From a virus (taxonomy: Duplodnaviria > Heunggongvirae > Uroviricota > Caudoviricetes): 21,732 nt of DNA. The stretch is from the IMG/VR virus record IMGVR_UViG_2663763286_000005, positions 1-21,732 of that record; one strand, written 5' to 3'. How positions within the stretch are numbered: position 1 is the first letter of the stretch; each line of letters starts with the position of its first letter. The translations under genes and the position numbers were made by a program. Positions 8,806-19,782 of this stretch are shown piece after piece. Below the pieces are notes generated by a model that made no database searches, was not told where the DNA came from, and saw only the letters and a list, made by a program, of their open reading frames with translations.

Positions 8806-9699
8806 ATGGACCAGATGGCAGAAAACACACCAGAAGTTGAAATCGAAACCGACGCGTCAGAGCAGATTCCTGATGATGTCGAACTGGCTGAAGAAGTCGA
8901 AACAGAAGATGGCAGTGAGTCCTCCGGCAATGATGTAGAGGAAGATACTGAAACTGATGCCGACGAATCAGAACAGGAATTCTACTTTGGTGACGAAAAG
9001 CTGGATTCGCCAACCAGCGAAGATGGCGCAGAGCATGGACTGGTAAAACACTTGCGCAAGACGATTAAAGAGAAAGACCGCGAGCTGAAAGAGCTGATGC
9101 GTCAGTCTCAGAAATCCGTCGAGCAGCAGCCGGTAATCACTCAACCACCGCGAATGCCAAAACTTGATGATGAGGACATCGGTTTCGATGAAGAAATCTA
9201 TCAGCAACGCATGGCTAAGTGGGCAGAGGATAACGGAAAGTACCAGCAACAGGAGATGGCTCGCAAGCAGAAGGAGCAGGAGCTTCAGGCTGCCTATCAA
9301 GAGCGATTATCCAAATATCAGCAACGTGTTAAGGCTCTCAAAGTTCCTGGCTATCAGGAAGCTGAGCAGGCCGTACTCGAGGAAATTCCCATCGAGACAC
9401 AAAACGCGATCCTGTTTGAGTCAGAGAAGCCGGAAATCGTTGTTCTGGCGCTCGGTCGCAACGCTGAACTGCGCAAGCAACTGGCAGAAGCTACCAACCC
9501 CGTAGCAATTGGTCGTCTGCTGGAACGTATCGAATCGAAGGCCAGAATCATGCCAAAAGCAAAAACCACGGCAGCCACAACCCCGACAGTTAAGGGGAGC
9601 AACGGCGCAGTAATCAATAACCTCGACAAACTGAAAGCCAAGGCGCTGGAAACTGGTGACTGGACGCCGTATTTCGCCGCTAAAAAGGCAAAAAAATAA
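8806..9699 (+). CDS. scaffolding protein
   Basis: 297 aa between portal and coat. Strongly acidic N-terminus, coiled-coil middle, basic C-terminal segment. Assigned by position and composition. Confidence 0.7.
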   Translation: MDQMAENTPEVEIETDASEQIPDDVELAEEVETEDGSESSGNDVEEDTETDADESEQEFYFGDEKLDSPTSEDGAEHGLVKHLRKTIKEKDRELKELMRQSQKSVEQQPVITQPPRMPKLDDEDIGFDEEIYQQRMAKWAEDNGKYQQQEMARKQKEQELQAAYQERLSKYQQRVKALKVPGYQEAEQAVLEEIPIETQNAILFESEKPEIVVLALGRNAELRKQLAEATNPVAIGRLLERIESKARIMPKAKTTAATTPTVKGSNGAVINNLDKLKAKALETGDWTPYFAAKKAKK

Positions 9700-9717
9700 C
9701 CTATCGGAGCATTAAGC

Positions 9718-10971
9718 ATGGCTAACCAATTAGCAAAAGACCTTGAAATCATGTTCGAAAACTACGTTGAGGGCTTTGAGGCCGCCTGCGTAGTTTCCCG
9801 TAACGCTAAAAAATTCCGTCCCGGTGATACAGCAATGCAGCGAGCAGGTGATGTTCTGTATCGTCCGCAGCATTACCACATGAACATTGAGGAAGGCCTA
9901 GATCTCAGCGGCAAAACGCCAACAGCACTGGTTCAGCGCCTTGTTCCTTCTGTGTTCAAGGAGCCGAAAAACATTCTGTACACTCTGGATGCGCGTGAAA
10001 TGCGTGACCCGGAACATAAAACTGAAGCTGGTCGCGCCGCAGGTATGCGCCTTGCTGCACAGATTGACTCTGACCTGATTTCCATGGTCACGCAGCGTGC
10101 TACTAACGTGGTCGCAATTCCTGCCTCAGAAAATGGCTCACAGGGCCTTGCCTTGTGGAATGGTGCGGCAGATATTGATGCCACCATGACGGCGATTGGT
10201 GTACCGCAGGGTATCAACCGTCGCTCTTTCTGGAACCCCTTCAACTACAAAGACCTTGCTGGCGAGCTTGGTCACCGTGCCTACGCTCAGGGCGCAACCC
10301 TGACAGCATACGAAAAAGCGCAGATCCCTCCGGTTGCTTCCTTTGATAGCTACAAGACCGATATTTCTGGTCGATTACCGAAAGGAAGCGCTGAATCCTT
10401 GACAGTATCAGGCCAACCTGAACACAAGGTTGAAGCGAAAGATTCAAATGGTATGCCAGTTGATAACCGACAGGGGACTATTACGGTATCTGCATCTGGC
10501 TTGCAGGTTGGTGATGCGTTCACCATTGCCGGTGTGAATTCCGTACACCAGAACACAAAAGATACCACCGGGCAACCGCAGGTATTCCGTGTTCTGGCTG
10601 TTAGCGGAACTACCGTAACAATCTCTCCAAAGATTCTCCCTGTTGAAAATGCCGATGTTGCGAGTCGCCCATATGCAAACGTCGATGCCAAACCGGCAGC
10701 ATCAGCAGCAATCACCATTCTCAACAAGAACGCAGCTCCTGCTAACCTGTTCTGGGCTGATGGTTCTGTTGAGCTGATGTACGGCAAACTGGCGTTCCCG
10801 ACTGGTCAGGGTCCACAGGTAATGACAGCAACCACCGAGCAGGGCGCTACGCTGATCATGTCTTACGCCTTCGACCACATCAAAGGTGTAACCACTGCGC
10901 GTTTCACCACCCTGTACGGTTGCTCTGTACTTGTTCCTGAATATACGGGCATCGTTATTGCCGGGCAGTAA
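9718..10971 (+). CDS. major capsid (coat) protein, P22-like
   Basis: 417 aa. Motifs recalled from P22 gp5 (YANV, NLFWADG..). Followed by a strong terminator. Confidence 0.85.
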   Translation: MANQLAKDLEIMFENYVEGFEAACVVSRNAKKFRPGDTAMQRAGDVLYRPQHYHMNIEEGLDLSGKTPTALVQRLVPSVFKEPKNILYTLDAREMRDPEHKTEAGRAAGMRLAAQIDSDLISMVTQRATNVVAIPASENGSQGLALWNGAADIDATMTAIGVPQGINRRSFWNPFNYKDLAGELGHRAYAQGATLTAYEKAQIPPVASFDSYKTDISGRLPKGSAESLTVSGQPEHKVEAKDSNGMPVDNRQGTITVSASGLQVGDAFTIAGVNSVHQNTKDTTGQPQVFRVLAVSGTTVTISPKILPVENADVASRPYANVDAKPAASAAITILNKNAAPANLFWADGSVELMYGKLAFPTGQGPQVMTATTEQGATLIMSYAFDHIKGVTTARFTTLYGCSVLVPEYTGIVIAGQ

Positions 10972-10976
10972 TTTTG

Positions 10977-11001
10977 GTGGGGCTTCGGCCCCATTTTTAT
11001 T
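10977..11001 (+). terminator. intrinsic terminator after coat gene
   Basis: Stem ggggc-ttcg-gcccc followed by atttttatt. Confidence 0.6.
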
Positions 11002-11012
11002 GGGAGAAGACA

Positions 11013-11201
11013 ATGGCACGAACAATGCTCTATAAGCCTGGCAACATGATCACCTGTGGTCAGTTTGCTGTCGATTACATCATTGTTGATGACGAAGAAG
11101 TTAAATCTCACCTGAAAAAAGGCTGGGTAAAAACTCCTGAAGAAACCGCAACGAAGCAAAAAGTGGCTAAGGCGGAAGAAGATGGCGAAAACGAAGGGTG
11201 A
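11013..11201 (+). CDS. hypothetical small protein (62 aa)
   Basis: ATG at 11013 with gggagaag upstream. The ORF-track start at 10974 lies inside the terminator hairpin, so the internal Met is preferred. Overlaps the gp4 start. Confidence 0.45.
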   Translation: MARTMLYKPGNMITCGQFAVDYIIVDDEEVKSHLKKGWVKTPEETATKQKVAKAEEDGENEG

Positions 11202-11643
11202 TCTCGTTCTTAAGGCTTTGCGAAAAGCCGGGCTGTATTCCAATGCCACGTTGACAGATGCCGACCCTCAGGAAATTGAAGATGCCATTAATGACCTCGA
11301 AGACATGATGGCAGCATGGCAGGCTAAAGGTATCGAGCTTGGGTATCAGTTTGCTGATACAGAAAACGGCATGATGCCGTTACCGGACGATGATTCAGGT
11401 ATCCCTGCATGGGCAAATGATGGCGTCGCTTTGAAACTCGCTGTGCAAGTGTGCATGGATAACGTCATTCAGCCGTCAGACGCTCTCCTTACCGCTGCTG
11501 ACAGTGCATATCAGACAATCTGTATCGCTTTAACCAAAATACCACCACTTGAGCGGCGAAATGACATGCCTCGCGGTAGTGGTAACAAAAGCGCGTTTAC
11601 GTGGAATCGGTTTTACATCGAGAAAGATGATCCGAGTACGTGA
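11182..11643 (+). CDS. tail accessory factor (P22 gp4-like)
   Basis: 153 aa. N-terminus KTKGDLV..ALRK..ATLTD and C-terminal MPRGSGN recalled from P22 gp4. Correct position. Confidence 0.75.
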   Translation: MAKTKGDLVLKALRKAGLYSNATLTDADPQEIEDAINDLEDMMAAWQAKGIELGYQFADTENGMMPLPDDDSGIPAWANDGVALKLAVQVCMDNVIQPSDALLTAADSAYQTICIALTKIPPLERRNDMPRGSGNKSAFTWNRFYIEKDDPST

Positions 11644-11652
11644 GGTGAATAA

Positions 11653-13071
11653 ATGACGATTCAGCAACTTCCGCTTATGAAAGGTGTCGGCAAAGACTTC
11701 CGAAACGCCGACTATATCGACTATCTGCCAGTGAATATGTTGGCTACACCCAAAGAAATCCTGAACAGCAGCGGATATCTTCGCTCATTCCCGGGCATTG
11801 CCAAACGTTCTGACGTGAACGGTGTATCTCGCGGCGTCGAGTACAACATGGCGCAGAATGCTGTTTATCGCGTGTGTGGTGGGAAGCTTTACAAAGGCGA
11901 AAGTGAAGTCGGTGATGTTGCCGGAAGTGGTCGCGTATCAATGGCGCATGGTCGGACATCACAGGCGGTAGGCGTTAATGGTCAACTGGTCGAGTATCGC
12001 TATGATGGCACGCTTAAAACAGTATCAAACTGGCCTACAGACAGCGGATTCACGCAGTATGAGTTAGGTTCGGTTCGTGACATTACGCGTTTACGTGGGC
12101 GTTATGCGTGGTCAAAAGACGGCACTGATTCATGGTTTATCACTGACCTTGAAGACGAATCGCATCCTGACCGTTACAGCGCACAATATCGTGCCGAGTC
12201 TCAGCCGGACGGCATCATCGGTATCGGAACATGGCGAGACTTCATCGTCTGCTTTGGTTCATCGACGATTGAATATTTCTCCCTGACTGGTGCAACCACC
12301 GTTGGTGCCGCTTTGTATGTCGCACAGCCATCACTGATGGTGCAGAAAGGGATTGCCGGAACCTACTGCAAAACGCCGTTTGCTGATTCGTATGCGTTCA
12401 TCAGCAATCCGGCAACAGGTGCGCCGTCTGTATACATCATTGGCTCCGGTCAGGTGTCACCAATCGCCAGCGCGAGCATTGAGAAAATCCTCCGCTCCTA
12501 CACTGCTGATGAACTGGCTGATGGCGTGATGGAGTCTCTGCGATTTGATGCTCATGAGTTGCTGATTATCCACCTTCCGCGCCACGTCCTCGTGTACGAC
12601 GCATCTTCAAGCGACAATGGTCCGCAATGGTGTGTGCTGAAAACAGGCCTGTATGACGATGTGTACCGCGCTATAGACTTCATTTACGAAGGCAATCAGA
12701 TAACGTGCGGCGATAAGCTGGAATCTGTTACCGGGAAATTGCAATTCGACATCAGCAGTCAGTACGACAAGCAGCAGGAACATATTTTATATTCTCCTTT
12801 AATAAAGGCAGATAACGCTTTAATAAATGACCTTGAATTAGAAACATCGGGCGGCGTGTGTGATAGAATAGATAAAATATTTATATCAGCCACTACAGAT
12901 GGAATTAGTTACGGTCGTGAGCAAATGGTCGTATTACAAAAACCATTTGTATATGACAATCGCGTTTTATGGCGAAAAGTTGGTCGAGTTAGACGCCTCA
13001 TTGGATTTAAATTCAGAGTTATTGCAAAAGGTCCTGTTACATTATCAGGCCTTTCTATTCGTGTAACATAA
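11653..13071 (+). CDS. tail accessory factor (P22 gp10-like)
   Basis: 472 aa, the same length as P22 gp10, in the right position. The last ~290 nt are markedly AT-rich. Confidence 0.8.
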   Translation: MTIQQLPLMKGVGKDFRNADYIDYLPVNMLATPKEILNSSGYLRSFPGIAKRSDVNGVSRGVEYNMAQNAVYRVCGGKLYKGESEVGDVAGSGRVSMAHGRTSQAVGVNGQLVEYRYDGTLKTVSNWPTDSGFTQYELGSVRDITRLRGRYAWSKDGTDSWFITDLEDESHPDRYSAQYRAESQPDGIIGIGTWRDFIVCFGSSTIEYFSLTGATTVGAALYVAQPSLMVQKGIAGTYCKTPFADSYAFISNPATGAPSVYIIGSGQVSPIASASIEKILRSYTADELADGVMESLRFDAHELLIIHLPRHVLVYDASSSDNGPQWCVLKTGLYDDVYRAIDFIYEGNQITCGDKLESVTGKLQFDISSQYDKQQEHILYSPLIKADNALINDLELETSGGVCDRIDKIFISATTDGISYGREQMVVLQKPFVYDNRVLWRKVGRVRRLIGFKFRVIAKGPVTLSGLSIRVT

Positions 13072-13092
13072 ATCGAAACTAAAGGAGTAGAT

Positions 13093-13638
13093 ATGTTGAG
13101 TGAAAACGCAAAAGATATTCCTGGGTATGAAGGTTTATATGCCGTAACAGAGGATGGGCGAGTATATTCTCACTCACGTGTTGTTAAAGCTGCGCATGGC
13201 AGCACGCAACTCAGAAAGGGGCGGTGGCTAAAACAACACGAGAATAATAAAGGTTATCTATATTTGCCACTTAGTGTTGATGGAGTTAAAGTAAAATGGC
13301 TTGTGCATAGGCTTGTCGCTCTTGCTTTCGTCCCCAATCCAGAAGGCAAGCCGTTCATAAATCACATAGATAACAACCGAAAAAATAATAATGCTTCTAA
13401 TTTAGAGTGGTGTACTCAAAAGGAGAATATGAAGCATTGCTCATCTCAAGGTAGGGTGAAGTTTCCGGCTTTAAAAGGAGAAAATAATCCAATTTCAAAG
13501 CTATCATATGAGCAAGTAATAGAAATAAAGAAATCAAAGGGAGTTAATCAAAGAGAGCTTGCTAAAAAATACTGTGTCAGTCAGACGGTGATTCACAATA
13601 TCCAGTCTGGTAAATCGTGGAGGCATGTTAATGGCTGA
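13093..13638 (+). CDS. HNH homing endonuclease (NUMOD4-like N-terminus, HNH core, C-terminal helix-turn-helix)
   Basis: 181 aa. [16 protein letters not shown] motif, then HRLVALAF...[29 protein letters not shown] 6 nt before the ATG. AT-rich relative to flanks. Confidence 0.85.
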   Translation: MLSENAKDIPGYEGLYAVTEDGRVYSHSRVVKAAHGSTQLRKGRWLKQHENNKGYLYLPLSVDGVKVKWLVHRLVALAFVPNPEGKPFINHIDNNRKNNNASNLEWCTQKENMKHCSSQGRVKFPALKGENNPISKLSYEQVIEIKKSKGVNQRELAKKYCVSQTVIHNIQSGKSWRHVNG

Positions 13639-14332
13639 TTCGAATCTCAATGTGCCGGTAATCATCCAGGCTACGCGGCTCGATACATCAATCCTTCCAC
13701 GCAATATATTCAGTCAGTCTTACCTGCTGTATGTCATTAATCAGGGGGCTGATGTCGGCGCAATTGCCGGGAAGGCAAATCAGGCTGGTCAGGGCGCTTA
13801 CGATGCTCAGGTGAAAAACGATGAGCAGGATGTCGAACTGGCTGATCACGACGCAAGAATCACCGCAAACACAAAAGCGATAAATCTACTTGAGGTCAGG
13901 TTAACAACTGCCGAAGGGAAGATAGTCGTACTGCGTAGCGATGTTGATTACTTGCTGGATGAGGTTATCGATATTCAGGCGCATCTGGTCACTGTTGACC
14001 AAAGACTGGATGACGTAGAAAACAATGTCTCTGGCATTAAGAGTGATTACGTATCGAAAACCGTAACCGAATTGCAGTCTCTTGAATCACCGCTGGATGT
14101 AAAAACATCATATTCAGTTGATGGAATTCAGGTTGTTGGAGCAAGAAATACCGGATGGACTGCAGCCACAGGTACGCCACTTCTTGGCTCATTCAACGCA
14201 AACCAGTCATACACTGTCGGCACTACGTACACGCAATCCGAAGTCGCAGCTCTCGCTACAGGTTTGCAGCAGGCGCGGCAGCGTATTCTGGCGCTTGAAA
14301 CGGCACTTAGATTACATGGGCTGATTGACTGA
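13631..14332 (+). CDS. tail needle (P22 gp26-like)
   Basis: Recalled match to P22 gp26 at both ends ([18 protein letters not shown]...YLLYVI...RLHGLID). Start chosen at ATG 13631 (ggagg 8 nt upstream) rather than 13625. Confidence 0.9.
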   Translation: MADSNLNVPVIIQATRLDTSILPRNIFSQSYLLYVINQGADVGAIAGKANQAGQGAYDAQVKNDEQDVELADHDARITANTKAINLLEVRLTTAEGKIVVLRSDVDYLLDEVIDIQAHLVTVDQRLDDVENNVSGIKSDYVSKTVTELQSLESPLDVKTSYSVDGIQVVGARNTGWTAATGTPLLGSFNANQSYTVGTTYTQSEVAALATGLQQARQRILALETALRLHGLID

Positions 14333-14787
14333 TGATTACATTCAAACCAACGCGAAACATCGACCTGATCGAAGCAGTCGGAAATCACCCTGACATTATT
14401 GCCGGGAGCAACAACGGTGATGGATACGATTACAAGCCTGAATGCCGTTACTTTGAGGTGAACGTGCACGGTCAGTTCGGCGGCATTGTTTACTATCAGG
14501 AGATTCAGCCGCTGACATTCGATTGCCACGCCATGTACCTGCCAGAGATTCGCGGCTTCAGCAAGGAAATTGGGCTGGCGTTCTGGCGATACATTCTGAC
14601 TAACACCACCGTTCAGTGCGTCACATCGTTCGCTGCGCGCAAATTCCGCCACGGGCAGATGTACTGCGCAATGATTGGCCTTAAGCGTGTCGGAACCATC
14701 AAGAAATACTTCAAAGGCGTGGATGACGTGACATTTTACAGTGCTACACGCGAAGAACTAATCGACTTCCTGAATCACGGGAGATAG
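14332..14787 (+). CDS. P22 gp14-like virion protein
   Basis: 151 aa, assigned by synteny (after needle, before ejection proteins). TGATG coupling with the needle gene. Confidence 0.55.
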   Translation: MITFKPTRNIDLIEAVGNHPDIIAGSNNGDGYDYKPECRYFEVNVHGQFGGIVYYQEIQPLTFDCHAMYLPEIRGFSKEIGLAFWRYILTNTTVQCVTSFAARKFRHGQMYCAMIGLKRVGTIKKYFKGVDDVTFYSATREELIDFLNHGR

Positions 14788-14789
14788 CC

Positions 14790-15479
14790 ATGTTATATGC
14801 ATTTAAGCTGGGCAGAAAACTGCGCGGCGAGGAACCTTATTGCCCTGAAAAAGGCGGGAAAGGTGGGTCCGATAAAAGCGCAAAGTATGCAGCAGAAGCT
14901 CAGAAGTATGCCGCAGACCTGCAAAATCAGCAGTGGCAGACGATCATGAAAAACCTTGCTCCGTTCACGCCGCTTGCGGAGCAGTATGTTAACCAGCTTC
15001 AGAATCTTTCCAGTTTAGAAGGACAGGGGCAGGCACTTAATCAGTATTACAACTCTCAGCAGTATAAAGACCTTGCAGGTCAGGCGCGTTACCAGAGTCT
15101 TGCTGCTGCGGAGGCAACGGGTGGACTTGGTTCGACAGCCACAAGCAATCAACTGGCTACGATCGCGCCGACTCTCGGTCAGTCTTGGTTATCAAACCAG
15201 ATGAGCAATTACAACAATCTGGCAAACGTTGGGCTTGGTGCGCTGCAAGGTCAGGCAAACGCCGGGCAGACGTACGCCAACAACATGAGCAGCATTGCAC
15301 AGCAAAGCGCAGCTCTTGCCGCTGCTAATGCCAATAAACCATCAAGTCTTCAGACTGCAATTAGTAACGGAACGTCTGGTGCGATTGCCGGTGCAGGTCT
15401 TGCCAGCCTTTTGGGAACATCAACACCTTGGGGCGCTGGCATTGGTGCTGGTATCGGATTGCTTGGCTCGTTGTTTTAA
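14790..15479 (+). CDS. ejection protein (P22 gp7-like)
   Basis: 229 aa, the same length as P22 gp7. Gln/Asn/Ala-rich with a Gly-rich hydrophobic C-terminus. Confidence 0.75.
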   Translation: MLYAFKLGRKLRGEEPYCPEKGGKGGSDKSAKYAAEAQKYAADLQNQQWQTIMKNLAPFTPLAEQYVNQLQNLSSLEGQGQALNQYYNSQQYKDLAGQARYQSLAAAEATGGLGSTATSNQLATIAPTLGQSWLSNQMSNYNNLANVGLGALQGQANAGQTYANNMSSIAQQSAALAAANANKPSSLQTAISNGTSGAIAGAGLASLLGTSTPWGAGIGAGIGLLGSLF

Positions 15480-15488
15480 GGGGTAATC

Positions 15489-16865
15489 ATGGCTACTTGG
15501 CAAGGAACAAACGGCGGATTGTTGGCTGGTATCGGTGGTGTCAACTCAAACGCTCCGAGCGTAAATGACATCGGCAATACGCTTCAGCTTATCAGGCAGA
15601 ACAATGATATTGAGCGTTCAGGCGCTAACAATGTTGGGCTGACTGCTTTGCAAGGCCTTTCAGGTATTGCAGGGGTGTTTCAGCAGGAAAAGCAGGCTCA
15701 GCGGCAGAAAGAATTTCAGCAGGCGTATGCTAATGCTTATGCGTCTGGTGATCGCGGTGCTTTGCGTCAGTTGGCTACTCAATATCCAGACCAGATTGAA
15801 TCCGTTCGTAAAGGCATGGGATTCATTGATGAAGACCAGCGCAATTCTATCGGCATCTTAGCGGCTGGCGCACGCCTTGCGGCCTCGTCTCCAGAAGCAA
15901 TGCAATCATGGCTGCAAAACAACGCCAAGGAACTGACTCGCGTCGGTGTTGACCCTAATAACGTTGCTCAGATGTATCAGCAGAATCCTTCAGGATTTGG
16001 TGAGTTTGTTGATCACCTTGGGATGGCTGCACTTGGTCCGATTGACTACTTCAATGTTCAGGACAAGATGGCTGGTCGTGAGATTGACCGAGGTAGGCTG
16101 GCAGAGACAATCCGCAGCAATCAGGCCAGCGAAGCACTTCAGGCGAGAGGGCAAAACCTTTCCTATCAGTCAGCAATGACTGGACACGGACTTGCAGCAG
16201 AAAGACTGGCACTTGATAAGCAGAAATTCGGTTTTGAAGTACAACAGGCACAAAAGAAGGCCGAGGAACTTATTAATGCTGCGCCAAAATTATCAGTGAA
16301 CATGGAAAAGGCTATAGAAAAATCAGCAGGTGATGCGGCAGCTAGTCGTAATGCTGCCGATTCAATGACAACGCTCGCTGACACGCTGGAGAAGGAGAAG
16401 CCAACTCCTGGTTTGTTCGGTAACGCTGAAAATATGTTCTCTAAGCTTACGGGGCAAGATAACTACCTCCGAGATATGCGGATTAGATTCAACCAACTAG
16501 CCAATGCGCAGGCAACCAAGCTTCTCCCTCCCGGCCCTGCATCAGATAAGGATATTGAGTTTGCAAGGAAAGGCATTCCAAGCGAAACGGATAATCCAAT
16601 GGTCATGGCTCGATGGTTAAGGGGTATGGCAAAAATGGAAAGTAATAACGCGAAGTTCAACGAGTTTAGGTCAGAGTGGATGAGTGCAAACGGCAGCCCA
16701 GGACAATCTGATCGCAACCGAAACATCATGGGGATGGATGTTAAGAAGGGTGAATCATTGAACTCTGCGGCAAAACGTTTTCTTTCCTCAAGTTATGGCG
16801 ATAGCCAACCTCAACAGCAATTGTCCGATGACGAATTAATTAGCAAATATCTCGGAGGGCAGTAA
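15489..16865 (+). CDS. ejection protein (P22 gp20-like)
   Basis: 458 aa, by synteny and size. Confidence 0.7.
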   Translation: MATWQGTNGGLLAGIGGVNSNAPSVNDIGNTLQLIRQNNDIERSGANNVGLTALQGLSGIAGVFQQEKQAQRQKEFQQAYANAYASGDRGALRQLATQYPDQIESVRKGMGFIDEDQRNSIGILAAGARLAASSPEAMQSWLQNNAKELTRVGVDPNNVAQMYQQNPSGFGEFVDHLGMAALGPIDYFNVQDKMAGREIDRGRLAETIRSNQASEALQARGQNLSYQSAMTGHGLAAERLALDKQKFGFEVQQAQKKAEELINAAPKLSVNMEKAIEKSAGDAAASRNAADSMTTLADTLEKEKPTPGLFGNAENMFSKLTGQDNYLRDMRIRFNQLANAQATKLLPPGPASDKDIEFARKGIPSETDNPMVMARWLRGMAKMESNNAKFNEFRSEWMSANGSPGQSDRNRNIMGMDVKKGESLNSAAKRFLSSSYGDSQPQQQLSDDELISKYLGGQ

Positions 16866-18787
16866 TGGCTTATAGTCGTGAACAATTGATGACGGCGTTA
16901 AGGAATGCGGATGCTGCTGGTGATACTGAGGGAGCACGTCGCATCGCTCAGATTCTGTCCTCCAGTAATCAACCAACTCAAAACCAAAAGCAGCCTGTAG
17001 AACAGCAAGATGGATTTATGTCTGACCTCGGCGAAGCAGTAAAAGAAACTGGTCGCGGACTGGTGCAGGCTGGTGTAAATGTGGCAAATATACCAGCATC
17101 AGTTGCCGATGCTGTAACAAGCGCGGCGGCATGGGCTGGCGGTAAACTCGGTATTGGCGATGGAACATATCAACCAGCGCCACGAGTAACAACTCAGGGA
17201 TTAGAGCAGGCGTTTGGACTTCAGCAAGGTGCTCTGACTCCACAAACGACAGAAGGTAGGGTGTTTGCGGAGGCATTGCCTTACCTGGCTACTGTTGGCG
17301 TTGGCGGCGCTTCAACTCAGGCGCCAACACTTGCTGGTCGAATTACTCAAGGTGCAGCCCGTCTTCTGGCAGAAAACGCAGTCGGATCGCTCGCCGCAAA
17401 CAGTGAGAAAAATGATGCGGGAAAACTGGCAACAGATATAGGTGTTGGCATGCTAACAGGTGGTGCTGTTAATACTGTTGCAAAAGGGCTTGAGCGTGGA
17501 ATAACTGCCTTTAAAGGTGATATTGCGCCAGAAGTGGCGAAGAAAATTGCCACATCAGAATCGATGGGCGTGACACCAATGACATCTGATGTTATCCCGC
17601 CGAAAAATGCTTTCACTCGCGGCCTTACTCAGGATGCCGAGGGGGCTTTGCTCGGGACAGGCTCAAAGCGAGCGGAGCAATATGCAACGCGTAGTAAGCT
17701 GGTAAGTAATTATTTTGACCGTTTTGGTGAGTACAACCCTGATGATGTTGTGAAATCTCTGACCACCACGTTAAGGGGACGGAAGGATGACGCTGGCGCT
17801 GTTATCAATGACGTCACCAATAAAATGGGTAATGCCGCAGTTGATACCACAAACACTATGAATGCTCTGAATACAGCGATCGCAAGACAGGAACGGCTTG
17901 GGACGTCTGCCAATCAAAGCCTGCTTACATCCTTGCGTAACCTACGTGAAGAATTAGCAAACCCTGCAACTGATTTGGATGTTACGTTTGATCTATTGCG
18001 TCAGCACAGAACAGCATTTAGATCTAATGTTCAGGGAGATGCTATGGTCTTCCCCAACCAGGCAAAAGCAGAAACCAATATGGTAGAGAATGCAATGTCA
18101 AAAGACCTTCGTAACGCAGTTGCAAAAAAACTCGGTGCATCAGACGCAGCAAAATACCTTAAAGCAAATTCCGATTATGCAAACGTTTATAATAAGGTGC
18201 TTAATAAAAACATTGCTAACAAGCTCAACAAGGCAAGCAGTGAAGCCAGTCCTGAGCTTATAAATACCGTTGTATTAAGCAGAAAACCATCTGACGTGAA
18301 ACGAATCTGGAGCGCATTGGATGATAAAGGGAAAGATGCTATGCGCGCAGCTTACGTCAGCAAAATAGCGGAAAAGGCCGGTGACTCTCCAGCCAAGTTC
18401 ATCACTGAAGTTAATAAGCTTAAATCTCAGTCAGGCGGTGAAATTTACAACACTATTTTTTCTGGAAAGCACATGAAAGAGCTTGATGCTCTTCATGAAG
18501 TTCTACAGCAAACAGCAAGGTCAGACACCGCAAATGTAGTAACTCAGACGGGGCAATCGCAAGCCAACAGGATAAGGACGATTGGCGCAACTGCAACCCT
18601 TGGTGTATCACTGGGACTTGAAGCAGGTTTCGGTGCAATCATGCGCTTGTACGAGTCCAAAGCAGCAAGGAATGCCCTCTTACGTCTGGCAAACACTAAA
18701 TCTGGAACACCAGCCTATGAAAGAGCGTTAAGTAACGCTGCAAATGCCGTCAGGCCGCTGTTTGCTACTGAGGCAACACAGCAGTAA
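16865..18787 (+). CDS. ejection protein (P22 gp16-like)
   Basis: 640 aa, by synteny and size. ATG overlaps the gp20 stop. Confidence 0.7.
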   Translation: MAYSREQLMTALRNADAAGDTEGARRIAQILSSSNQPTQNQKQPVEQQDGFMSDLGEAVKETGRGLVQAGVNVANIPASVADAVTSAAAWAGGKLGIGDGTYQPAPRVTTQGLEQAFGLQQGALTPQTTEGRVFAEALPYLATVGVGGASTQAPTLAGRITQGAARLLAENAVGSLAANSEKNDAGKLATDIGVGMLTGGAVNTVAKGLERGITAFKGDIAPEVAKKIATSESMGVTPMTSDVIPPKNAFTRGLTQDAEGALLGTGSKRAEQYATRSKLVSNYFDRFGEYNPDDVVKSLTTTLRGRKDDAGAVINDVTNKMGNAAVDTTNTMNALNTAIARQERLGTSANQSLLTSLRNLREELANPATDLDVTFDLLRQHRTAFRSNVQGDAMVFPNQAKAETNMVENAMSKDLRNAVAKKLGASDAAKYLKANSDYANVYNKVLNKNIANKLNKASSEASPELINTVVLSRKPSDVKRIWSALDDKGKDAMRAAYVSKIAEKAGDSPAKFITEVNKLKSQSGGEIYNTIFSGKHMKELDALHEVLQQTARSDTANVVTQTGQSQANRIRTIGATATLGVSLGLEAGFGAIMRLYESKAARNALLRLANTKSGTPAYERALSNAANAVRPLFATEATQQ

Positions 18788-18811
18788 CGTATGGGAAATT
18801 GGATTCAATCT

Positions 18812-19201
18812 CTAACATTTTCTTTTTACTTTTCCAACAAAAGCTTTGGTTGAATCCATATTTCCATAACCGGAAATGGTTTTTGACATTAAAACTGTTC
18901 CAGTAGGATGTATTACCCATGAGTCGATAACGCGTTGAGTTTCGCCATTCGCGCCGATTCCTATGATGGAGTTTTTAGACAATGCTTTGTAAGCCATGCC
19001 GCCCGCATCTGTCCCAGAATATGTGATGCTGGCATCTTCACCGCTTGTCTTAATGATGAATGTTCCACTAAAACCATCTTCTTCCGGATGGAAATTATTT
19101 CGTTCTGAATAGCTTATTCCGCGCATATCTCCAACGACCCAGCACTCTGCTGTAGCCCCAAAAGATATGAATAAGAACATAGCAGCAAGAAATTGCTTCA
19201 C
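18812..19201 (-). CDS. hypothetical secreted protein (accessory)
   Basis: GTG start at 19199-19201 with AAGGAGG 5 nt upstream on the minus strand. Signal peptide MKQFLAAMFLFISFGATA. Cys near both ends of the mature part. Opposite strand to the virion genes. Confidence 0.6.
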   Translation of the reverse strand: MKQFLAAMFLFISFGATAECWVVGDMRGISYSERNNFHPEEDGFSGTFIIKTSGEDASITYSGTDAGGMAYKALSKNSIIGIGANGETQRVIDSWVIHPTGTVLMSKTISGYGNMDSTKAFVGKVKRKC

Positions 19202-19318
19202 ACCAACCTCCTTAGTTTTGAGCAGGATACCATGAAAAAAGTAAACATCTTTTGCCTACTTCACATTTGAATGGTTTGTCATTAGGATGTTTCCGGTTTT
19301 TTAAATATGGAAATTGAT

Positions 19319-19738
19319 ATGAAGAGGATTATTGGCGTCGTTGCTGGCGCTATGATGTTATCTGGGTGCGCAACTATTGTTGGTGATGAAACGCAACTTG
19401 TGCAAGTGAACAGCAACCCTTCCGGTGCGAGCTTTAAGGTAAAAGATGAATCAGGCGTGATTGTTGCGCAAGGCAAGACTCCACAAGGAGTAACTCTTGC
19501 CAAGTCAGATGGTAGTTATTTTGGCAAAAAGAGCTACCAGATCACTATGGAAAAGGATGGGTACGAACCAGTTACCCTGCCAATCAAAGCCAATGCCAAT
19601 GGTTGGTATATTGGTGGAAACCTTGTGTTTGGTGGGTTAATTGGTTGGCTTGCTGTTGATCCATTTAATGGTGGGATGTATACACTGAAGCCAAAAGAGG
19701 CAAATGCATCTCTTATACCTTCCACGAAGCAAGATTAA
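19319..19738 (+). CDS. hypothetical lipoprotein (accessory)
   Basis: Signal peptide with lipobox LSGC (MKRIIGVVAGAMMLSGC). Gly/Trp-rich hydrophobic C-terminal segment. An alternative start at 19307 exists. Followed by a strong terminator. Confidence 0.7.
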   Translation: MKRIIGVVAGAMMLSGCATIVGDETQLVQVNSNPSGASFKVKDESGVIVAQGKTPQGVTLAKSDGSYFGKKSYQITMEKDGYEPVTLPIKANANGWYIGGNLVFGGLIGWLAVDPFNGGMYTLKPKEANASLIPSTKQD

Positions 19739-19744
19739 GAAATG

Positions 19745-19769
19745 AAACCCACCGTCAGGTGGGTTTTTT
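19745..19769 (+). terminator. intrinsic terminator
   Basis: aaacccacc-gtca-ggtgggttt followed by a T-run. Confidence 0.7.
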
Positions 19770-19782
19770 ATAAGGAGTAATC

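Noticed and set aside
10350-10787. 145-aa minus-strand ORF inside the coat gene
   Set aside because: Antisense shadow ORF within a well-supported, highly expressed structural gene. No ribosome-binding site.
14128-14652. 174-aa minus-strand ORF spanning the needle and gp14 genes
   Set aside because: Antisense to two coupled virion genes and no independent signals.
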